35,311 nucleotides of DNA from a virus (taxonomy: Duplodnaviria; Caudoviricetes): IMG/VR virus record IMGVR_UViG_3300030332_001635, positions 1-35,311 of that record. One strand, given 5' to 3'. The first letter of the stretch is position 1, and every line of letters begins with the position of its first letter. Positions 6,864 to 13,330 of the stretch are shown one piece after another. The position numbers and the translations under genes were made by a program. Below the pieces are notes generated by a model, which was given only the letters and a program-made list of their open reading frames with translations, ran no database searches and was not told where the DNA came from.

Positions 6864-7364
6864 TTATGCAATTGCCAGCGCACGTTTGCGCTTACTTTCT
6901 TTGGGCTTGTAAGACCCGTAGTTCCCACGAATTTGCTCCATAGAGATTTCTTTCCCCGAGAACTTTCGCCGTCCAGGAGGAGCAAGATACCAAGAAACTT
7001 TCTTGTGGTGGTATCTCAGACCTGCTCCCTTGAGGGCTTCTTTGTGTTTCTTTGTTTCGCCTGTAACCCATAGCCAGGTCCCACATATCTCAAACTCTAA
7101 GCCAAGCAAGTCGCTCAATGCGAACAATGCTGTTCCTATATGAGCTGTGATGTTGGCATCTGTTCCTTGGCCCAACTCCCCACTGAAGCCCTTAAGGGCC
7201 TCGTAGGCGTTATTAATCATGGATTGCATGTGCTGGCCGTTTGGCCATAGATCGGGGTGGTATTTCAAGCTTAGCTCTCTATACCTTGCCTTTATTTCCG
7301 CGGACGTTATGCTCCCGGAGAGGCCGAGGACTTCTGCGGCCTTCTCCTTACTCATTTTTGACAT
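6864..7364 (-). CDS. J-domain (DnaJ-like) protein with C-terminal alpha/beta domain
   Basis: AAEVLGL...EIKARYRELSLKYHPD...INNAYEAL is a canonical J-domain with HPD. C-terminal EICGTWLWVTGET...WY. Confidence 0.9.
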   Translation of the reverse strand: MSKMSKEKAAEVLGLSGSITSAEIKARYRELSLKYHPDLWPNGQHMQSMINNAYEALKGFSGELGQGTDANITAHIGTALFALSDLLGLEFEICGTWLWVTGETKKHKEALKGAGLRYHHKKVSWYLAPPGRRKFSGKEISMEQIRGNYGSYKPKESKRKRALAIA

Positions 7365-7368
7365 CTGT

Positions 7369-7743
7369 CTATTCCTCTTCTGTTGGTAATGTTTCCTCCA
7401 CCAGTAACGCTGCTAACTCAGCCGGACCCACTGCTCTTTTGCTCCTGTGTCCGCTTAGGGTGCGGTTATGCCGTACCTCCTGGCATATTAGGTATTTTCC
7501 TGATGCGCACATTTGCGTTATCAAGAACCCTCTTTCTCTTAAGAAGTCTGCGGCTAGGTACTGGAAGTGTCTTCCTGCCGCACGCATCATTGGGATCTCC
7601 TCTTCCGTCAGCTCAACCCTGTCCCCGTAAAGGGCATCCTCTATCTCCCAGTCTTTTATTAGTTTTTTTTCTATTGTTTTATATATTTGACCTATTCGAA
7701 AGATTCTAACCAGGTCCAGTGGGACTGCGTGTGCTACTTCCAT
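7369..7743 (-). CDS. Hypothetical protein
   Basis: 124-aa ORF tightly coupled to its neighbours. Confidence 0.6.
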   Translation of the reverse strand: MEVAHAVPLDLVRIFRIGQIYKTIEKKLIKDWEIEDALYGDRVELTEEEIPMMRAAGRHFQYLAADFLRERGFLITQMCASGKYLICQEVRHNRTLSGHRSKRAVGPAELAALLVEETLPTEEE

Positions 7744-8012
7744 TCTTCATTTTCCTCTTCATCCAGGACCAATTCCCAGGTTGCTACAACGACTGGCTTG
7801 TCGTCAATTATTACGGCATCTCCATCCTCGTTCATAATAAGAATGTCTCCGCCATCATCTCCGTCTGCTATCTCTTCGAGCAAATAGTCTTCAACACCAT
7901 GGCTGTCGTACTTTGACACCTCTTTTATGGTTTTCTCTATCTTTCCAGATCCTATTTTGACCTGGTTGAATTCAAACATTTCTCCGCTTATGTAAAGCTC
8001 TAGTGTCTTCAT
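7734..8012 (-). CDS. Hypothetical acidic protein (92 aa)
   Basis: GGAGA RBS before ATG 8012 (MKTLELY...). The ORF-track extension to 8186 overlaps a better small ORF in another frame. Confidence 0.6.
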   Translation of the reverse strand: MKTLELYISGEMFEFNQVKIGSGKIEKTIKEVSKYDSHGVEDYLLEEIADGDDGGDILIMNEDGDAVIIDDKPVVVATWELVLDEEENEEWK

Positions 8013-8014
8013 TG

Positions 8015-8143
8015 CTATCTCCAGTACAGCACAGCTGCGGTGCCGGTAAGGGCTCCTAGTATAAAGAAAAACACGTCTAATGGAGATGCCCTTCTTTTGA
8101 AGCGTTTTTGTATCTTTCTCCTTAGCATCCTGTTTCTTTTCAT
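8015..8143 (-). CDS. Small basic membrane protein (42 aa)
   Basis: AAGGAGGTGAT RBS. Sequence MKRNRMLRRKIQKRFKRRASPLDVFFFILGALTGTAAVLYWR*. Stop lies 2 nt before the next ATG. Not in the ORF track. Confidence 0.6.
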   Translation of the reverse strand: MKRNRMLRRKIQKRFKRRASPLDVFFFILGALTGTAAVLYWR

Positions 8144-8194
8144 TCTGGGTCATCACCTCCTTGAAAGCAGCATTTGTCCCATACATAGATTACG

Positions 8195-8222
8195 ATGATA
8201 TATAGTGCGCTGAAGCAAGCAA
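8195..8222 (-). promoter_or_regulatory. Putative sigma70 promoter (internal early)
   Basis: TTGCTT-16 bp-TATCAT on the minus strand in the intergenic gap. Confidence 0.5.
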
Positions 8223-8240
8223 GTATGGCATCTAGCTCCA

Positions 8241-8612
8241 TCAGATCACCACTTTCTGCGCAATGGCGTAGACCATTCCAGCAGCCAAGAGGACGAGTAC
8301 CCCGAATCCCGCTTTGACACTCTTGGGCGTCTTTGGGGTGATGGCTTCTGCAAATGCCTTTGCCTCATCGAGTGTGTGTCTTGACTCCCGAATGTCGATT
8401 ATTAACCCCTCCATTACTTCCACCCATTTGCGATGATTCAAGAGGGGATCTATATCATCCGTCTCTGCGCCTTTGGACTTCTCGATAATTGCCTTGGTGG
8501 CCTCATCTAATTTCCCCTGTGTCTCGGCTTTGGCCTCAATAACATTGGCCAGCAATGTCACTAGGTCCTCATCGATAACTTTCCAGTACATCTCTGCGCT
8601 TACTTCTTTCAT
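8241..8612 (-). CDS. Hypothetical protein with C-terminal TM segment
   Basis: Helical N-terminal part and a hydrophobic AGFGVLVLLAAGMVYAIA tail. GGGAG RBS. Confidence 0.65.
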   Translation of the reverse strand: MKEVSAEMYWKVIDEDLVTLLANVIEAKAETQGKLDEATKAIIEKSKGAETDDIDPLLNHRKWVEVMEGLIIDIRESRHTLDEAKAFAEAITPKTPKSVKAGFGVLVLLAAGMVYAIAQKVVI

Positions 8613-8616
8613 GTTG

Positions 8617-8916
8617 CTACTCCCCCACTGTTGCTAGTAATGAATTAAGCCAATCTCTGTCATCCCCTGAGATTTCACCGGCTTCCTCCTTTTTCTCTCT
8701 CTTCCCTTGCTCCCTCATCTGATCGAGGACTTCAGCCAGCCTAAGCCTTTCCATTCCCTTTTGAAGGACATTCTTTTGGACTTTGAGATAGTCCTTGTCC
8801 GGCATGCTTGCTACTGCCTCAATCCTCTCTTGCTTCCTCCATTCGATGATGTGGATCCACCCAAGAGAAAGCGCAAGTGCTACACATATGATGCTCATTA
8901 CCCCTAAGCCCTTCAC
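8617..8916 (-). CDS. Hypothetical membrane-anchored protein (N-terminal TMD)
   Basis: LGVMSIICVALALSLGWIHII followed by a charged helix. AAGGAGG RBS. Confidence 0.65.
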   Translation of the reverse strand: MKGLGVMSIICVALALSLGWIHIIEWRKQERIEAVASMPDKDYLKVQKNVLQKGMERLRLAEVLDQMREQGKREKKEEAGEISGDDRDWLNSLLATVGE

Positions 8917-8917
8917 T

Positions 8918-9235
8918 TCAGACCTCCTTCCTCAGTCCTCTGATCAGTTTTTTCGCCTTGATCAAGACATTGACAGCCCTTTCACTGTCGAGATACTGCT
9001 CTCCCTCAGAGTCCCTGAGGAGCGCATTAATCTCGTCAGCAAGCCAGGAAAGCCTTAGCTCTCCCTTTTTCGCCAGCAGCCTTGTCTCTGCATCCCTTTT
9101 CTCCATCCACACCCCTATGTCGGCTGTGGCAGCTTTCAGAATCGTCTGGGTGCTTTCGCCTTCCTCAAGCAATTTTTCTATTGTTTCCGCCATGTCATGG
9201 TATAGTGATGACACCCGCCCTCTTTTCTTTATCAT
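8918..9235 (-). CDS. Hypothetical protein
   Basis: AGGGGAG RBS before ATG 9235 (MIKKRG...). Confidence 0.6.
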   Translation of the reverse strand: MIKKRGRVSSLYHDMAETIEKLLEEGESTQTILKAATADIGVWMEKRDAETRLLAKKGELRLSWLADEINALLRDSEGEQYLDSERAVNVLIKAKKLIRGLRKEV

Positions 9236-9246
9236 CTTGTCTCCCC

Positions 9247-9492
9247 TTATTTCTTTTGAAGTAATTCTCTGGCCCTTTCTAAATCCCCTTGAATTGCCTT
9301 GTCGCGCTCCCCCTCCCTCACCCACTCGTTAATACTGCTGCTCACAGACTCTATTAGGTCGTGAATCTGTCCCCCCCCATTGAGGATCCTATCGACGATG
9401 ACGCTTAGGTCATGGAAGCTGATGGCTAGATTCTCCTCCAAGAGGATGTTCCATCTTTCTTCCCAGCTTTTGCTGCTCTCTTCATCTGTCAT
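9247..9492 (-). CDS. Hypothetical protein
   Basis: 81-aa ORF with GAGGA RBS, coupled to its neighbours. Confidence 0.6.
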   Translation of the reverse strand: MTDEESSKSWEERWNILLEENLAISFHDLSVIVDRILNGGGQIHDLIESVSSSINEWVREGERDKAIQGDLERARELLQKK

Positions 9493-9715
9493 TGTTCTTT
9501 TTCCTCTTTCCTGGTAAGGTTTTTATGCCCCCGCTAACACTGCCAGCTGGGGGCGCTATCCTCTCGATCGTATGCTTAACAGTCTCCATGATCATGTGTG
9601 GCTTGCCCCCGAGTTTAACGAGATCTTCCACCTTCTTTATCATCTCCCCCTCTGCCATTAGCCTTTCACGGATGGCGTCTACCCTTTTCTCTCTACTATT
9701 CCTTGCTGTTGTCAT
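9482..9715 (-). CDS. Hypothetical protein
   Basis: 77-aa ORF with AGGAG RBS. Confidence 0.6.
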   Translation of the reverse strand: MTTARNSREKRVDAIRERLMAEGEMIKKVEDLVKLGGKPHMIMETVKHTIERIAPPAGSVSGGIKTLPGKRKKNNDR

Positions 9716-9914
9716 GCCTTCTCCTTTTGTTTTCCTTCAGCGCAAACTCAATGCCCCCTTCAATGATCCCGAGTCTCCCCCCCCAATGGAAGAAATCTTC
9801 TATCCCATCTAGGACTCTCCTGTATGCGAGCATCCTGTTTCTTAGGATCTCTATTTTTTCTGATCTCTCCATGTTATCCCATGCCTGGGAGTCTGGTGTT
9901 CCTTGCTCCTTCAT
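9696..9914 (-). CDS. Hypothetical protein
   Basis: GAGGAG RBS. ATGA start/stop overlap with the upstream gene at 9911-9914. Confidence 0.6.
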   Translation of the reverse strand: MKEQGTPDSQAWDNMERSEKIEILRNRMLAYRRVLDGIEDFFHWGGRLGIIEGGIEFALKENKRRRHDNSKE

Positions 9915-10216
9915 ACTCTCTCCTCCTCGATGAGCACGAAATTGAACCCATCTTGCTCTGCGTTTGATCCCCCTGCGATATGCTTGTAGGGCCACCCAAG
10001 TAGGTCTAAAAGCTTCTTTGCCGCCAAGAGATGGTTCTCTTCATAGCTTAGACCTAGGTCTTCTAGGACCCTCTCTGTCCTGGCAGCTGTTTTTGCTGTG
10101 ATATAGGTGGCTACTGTGTCGTCTTCCTCAACTACAGTCCTCTCTTTTGTCTCTATACTCTGCCGCATCTTCATATTTACTTCCTCTCTTGCAATTGCCT
10201 CTCTTAAAGTTACCAT
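9911..10216 (-). CDS. Hypothetical protein
   Basis: AGGAG RBS before ATG 10216 (MVTLREA...). First gene after the repeat region. Confidence 0.55.
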   Translation of the reverse strand: MVTLREAIAREEVNMKMRQSIETKERTVVEEDDTVATYITAKTAARTERVLEDLGLSYEENHLLAAKKLLDLLGWPYKHIAGGSNAEQDGFNFVLIEEERV

Positions 10217-10351
10217 CCTAATCTCTCCTAATCCTTTCCCCATCTCACTTTCATGAAGCTTAACATGGGAATGTTTTTGAATTTATGGATCTTGGGGTGT
10301 TTGGACTCTTAATAGTAAGTATGGAAAAGCGTCAGTGCAGAGGAGCGCCCC

Positions 10352-10536
10352 AAATCCCTCGCTCGCAACGCCTTCTCATCGAAGCTTATGTCTCGACCTC
10401 GGACCCACTGAATCTCACGTTGGCAATGCACGCGATGGAGGCTTGTGCCTTGGGTTCGGAACCACTGAAGCTCACGCTGGCAACAAACACAATGGAGGCT
10501 TGTGCCACGATAACGGAACCACAGACTACTTTGGCG
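10352..10536. repeat. 57-bp tandem dual-repeat array (~3.3 units) with two alternating variable segments
   Basis: R1 ATGGAGGCTTGTGCC at 10435 and 10492 (degenerate at 10378). R2 CGGAACCACTGAAGCTCACGCTGGCAA at 10457 (variants at 10400 and 10514, partial at 10352). The period is exactly 57. Confidence 0.85.
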
Positions 10537-10734
10537 GCCCCGAGCGGGCTTCCCGCGTCAACAGGGGCAGCCCTAAACAAACAGCAAGGACAAGCACCGA
10601 AGAAGTAACGCAGCGCGAAGCGTTTCCATCGACTTCAAGCGAGTCTTCGAGCGCCCGCGAGCTTGCGAGCGAAAAATTTTTTTTTTGGATTTTAGACGCC
10701 GGTTTGAAGGTACCGGCAAACCTGTTTGATTGGC

Positions 10735-11451
10735 TTATAGGTTTTTCCATTGAATCGATGAGCTCTTGTTGCTCTTTGCAGCAAGGGCATCAATCTTTGC
10801 GTACTCTTCAGCAAGCAATGAATCGAAGTCAGGCTCCGAATTATCGCCAATGACCCGGTCAACCAATAGGTCGTCCATGCCATCGATTTTTGCCGTGTAT
10901 TCTAGGCAATCGTCATCGGAACGCTCACCTTCGAGTTCTTTCTCCAGAAGGGCAACCACTGCTTCCATGTGCTCGACCGTTATTGAATCGAAGTCCAATC
11001 TGCGCGTTTCCTTGTCACGGGTAACGCCGGGCATTTCTTCCAGCTGACCACATATCCAACCGAAGCATCTGCTCATCTCACCACGGTTGATTCCGTGACC
11101 TAATGGCGAATCCTTCCGAAGGTGGAATTCACTCCAGTGGACTTTCAACTCCTTCTTGATTGCCCACTTGTTTGCTTCATGCTTCTGATGGACCGCTTCT
11201 GCTTTGGGCGCTCCGGTCTCTCTCCACAAATAGATTTTACAATCTAAGGCTTCCATTGCCTTCAGCTTTGATTGACGAGGGTCGATATGCTTTTGCTTAT
11301 ATTGCCTGGCTCGAAGCTGAGACTTGGCAACACATAGCCTCTCGGTGACAGGCAATTGCGTTTTCTGGTATGTCTTCTTTGAGTACGACATGTTTGCCGC
11401 GTCAATATCAACTTGCTTAATTAACTCTTCAATATTAAAATCAATGTTCAT
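10735..11451 (-). CDS. First early gene, hypothetical protein (238 aa; basic N-half, acidic C-half)
   Basis: AAAGGA RBS before ATG 11451, directly downstream of a sigma70 promoter. No family recognised. Confidence 0.75.
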   Translation of the reverse strand: MNIDFNIEELIKQVDIDAANMSYSKKTYQKTQLPVTERLCVAKSQLRARQYKQKHIDPRQSKLKAMEALDCKIYLWRETGAPKAEAVHQKHEANKWAIKKELKVHWSEFHLRKDSPLGHGINRGEMSRCFGWICGQLEEMPGVTRDKETRRLDFDSITVEHMEAVVALLEKELEGERSDDDCLEYTAKIDGMDDLLVDRVIGDNSEPDFDSLLAEEYAKIDALAAKSNKSSSIQWKNL

Positions 11452-11495
11452 CTTTTTTCCTTTGGTTTTGGGAGTCTGCGAACTCCATTTCATCT

Positions 11496-11525
11496 ACTTT
11501 ACCACGATATTCTAAGCTATTGCAA
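11496..11525 (-). promoter_or_regulatory. Sigma70 early promoter
   Basis: TTGCAA-18 bp-TAAAGT with a TG extension and an A/T-rich upstream tract. The -35 box lies inside the inverted repeat AAGCT-N6-AGCTT. Confidence 0.65.
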
Positions 11526-12409
11526 GCTTTATCTTTAAAAACCTTAACTATTCTAACCACTTACCCTTGAATAGCTGCCTTCGACCGCTTCGGTCGTCTT
11601 GTGGCGGAGCCTTGGCCGACACGATAGCGGAGCGGTGGCTGTCTTCATGGGCCGAGCTTCGAGGGTCATTCTCTTTGATCTCGTGTTCACGCTTTTGCTC
11701 TCTTTTTGTTAAAAAGCACACGAAAATCATCTCTTTTGCAGTTAAAGGCGACTGTGTTTTGTGTGGATAGAAGATAGGAAAGCTCAATGATTACAAGGTA
11801 TCGCTCTTTTTCTCTTGTTTTATGGGAGTGTTTTACTGGGGATGTGAGGGCTCCGAAGCACGCTAAATAGCTTATATCATTGAGTATATTTCTACCCTTA
11901 TTCTCACTATGAGATTTCTCTCTTCTCTCCCTGTCTTCGTTTCTCCCTCTCTTCTCTCTACGGCGGACACTCCTTAAACATTCTATGTATTCTCTAATTA
12001 AGAGACGCTATCCTTGTACCCCCCCCTACCCCTCTTCAATTTAATCTTCTGCTAGCGGAACACCCTCCATGAATTTTTTTACGATTTCAACATCAACGCA
12101 GCGCATTAAAGTATATATCCTTAGGTCTTAATTAGTAAGAGACATAGATATAAACACCCCCCCCAGACTACATAGTTAGTAACCGCAGATTAGGGAAGCT
12201 GGTATATTCGCTTCATCCGTACTGTATTGTGTTGAATATCTGGTTAGTGGATATCACCATTGCCACAATGCTTATGTGGTGTGTCCCAGTTACTAGCTAT
12301 GCTTCGTTGGGTCATAAGGAGGCAATGGTTCTGTGTCCGCTTAAAGGGGGGTTAATTGCTAACCCCTAGCGTCTACTCCGTAACCGTCTACCTTTAACTT
12401 AGGGCATAG
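11526..12409. other. Large non-coding divergent control region (probable genome end / packaging-start area)
   Basis: No convincing ORF. Contains a pyrimidine tract (11914-11959), C-runs and hairpins. Lies between the divergent early and late arms, just upstream of the terminase genes. Confidence 0.5.
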
Positions 12410-12438
12410 TTGCATATCATTCAATAGCTCTTTAAAAT
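12410..12438 (+). promoter_or_regulatory. Sigma70-type promoter of the late/packaging operon (leaderless start)
   Basis: TTGCAT-17 bp-TAAAAT. ATG at 12445 lies 7 nt after the -10 box and has no SD. Confidence 0.65.
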
Positions 12439-12444
12439 TAGATT

Positions 12445-12879
12445 ATGGAAGAAGCAAAGAAGAAAGAGAAAGTAACGTCTGGAACAAGTTCTACGCCCAC
12501 GACTCGTGCAGGTAGGGCGTCTAAGTTTGGTCGTTCTACTGTGACTAAGCATGGTGTGGTTAAGAAGGCTCGTTCTGCTGGTTCTTATGGTATTGATGGT
12601 AAGAAGGTGCGGGTTGTTCAGAGTAAGGACAAGCATGCTTTATGGGATGATCTCTTTTCCATAACGGAGAGTCAGATCAAAGCCCTTAAGACGAAGGTGG
12701 AGGATGGGGAAGATCTAGACACCAAGGATATGAGTAAGCTTGATAGCTGTTATGGTGGAATGAAGAAACTGCTAGAGATTGAGGTGGTGCTTAAGTCTGA
12801 TGCTATCTCCTCTCTTTCTACTGATGAACTGAAACGTTTAGCCAAGAAGGCTATCCGGGAAGCGAAAGAAAATGATTAG
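12445..12879 (+). CDS. Putative terminase small subunit
   Basis: First late gene. Basic disordered N-terminus, helical core and C-terminal LSTDELKRLA motif. The call is mainly positional. Confidence 0.5.
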   Translation: MEEAKKKEKVTSGTSSTPTTRAGRASKFGRSTVTKHGVVKKARSAGSYGIDGKKVRVVQSKDKHALWDDLFSITESQIKALKTKVEDGEDLDTKDMSKLDSCYGGMKKLLEIEVVLKSDAISSLSTDELKRLAKKAIREAKEND

Positions 12880-13330
12880 AGAGATGAAAAGGATAGATGA
12901 GGATTTTATCTATCACTCCTGGTTGCATTCGGTTAAATGCCCTAACCGTGGTGTGACTAATATGACGAGGTTCCTAATTGATTCAGTTGTTGAAGCTGGT
13001 GACATTCTGGTTTGGTGTCCTGACGATGACGAGAATCATATCGTTGGCTGGCTGGCTTATGGCCGTAATGAAGGTACCAAACTACTGCACTACCTCTTTG
13101 TTAAGAAGAATTTTAGACGCAGCCATGTGGGCACTGAGCTTATCAATGCTCTGTCTTCTGACCCTCCTGTCCAGCTCTTCTGTACTTATTGGTCTCATCA
13201 TATGCAGGCACTAAATGCCCGGGCCAAGTGGAATGTAAAGTTTGTTTCCAATCTTCTGGCCTCTGTTATCCATTCACTCCATGCCGACAAAAATAAAAAA
13301 GGGCAGGAGGTATACGATGGCGCTGCCTGA
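12872..13330 (+). CDS. GNAT-family acetyltransferase
   Basis: LHYLFVKKNFRRSHVGTELI is an acetyl-CoA-binding motif A (V...RR.G.G..L). IVGWLAY strand precedes it. Confidence 0.75.
   Translation: MIREMKRIDEDFIYHSWLHSVKCPNRGVTNMTRFLIDSVVEAGDILVWCPDDDENHIVGWLAYGRNEGTKLLHYLFVKKNFRRSHVGTELINALSSDPPVQLFCTYWSHHMQALNARAKWNVKFVSNLLASVIHSLHADKNKKGQEVYDGAA

Noticed and set aside
7734-8186. 150-aa ORF as given in the ORF track
   Set aside because: Better explained as two genes (8015..8143 and 7734..8012), each with its own SD.
10352-10536. CRISPR array
   Set aside because: The variable segments are only 7-9 nt and alternate between two different repeats, and there is no cas operon. It does not fit CRISPR repeat-spacer geometry.
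10285-10853. Plus-strand ORFs 10285..10608 and 10335..10853 as genes
   Set aside because: They are antisense to the early arm, lack a clear RBS, and the repeat register switches between the two frames. Kept only as an alternative explanation for the array.
10735-11451. Tas/IS110 Nop-domain effector
   Set aside because: Only a vague LEEMPGV resemblance to an HhH motif; no other Nop/IS110 motifs are visible by eye. A structural search is needed.
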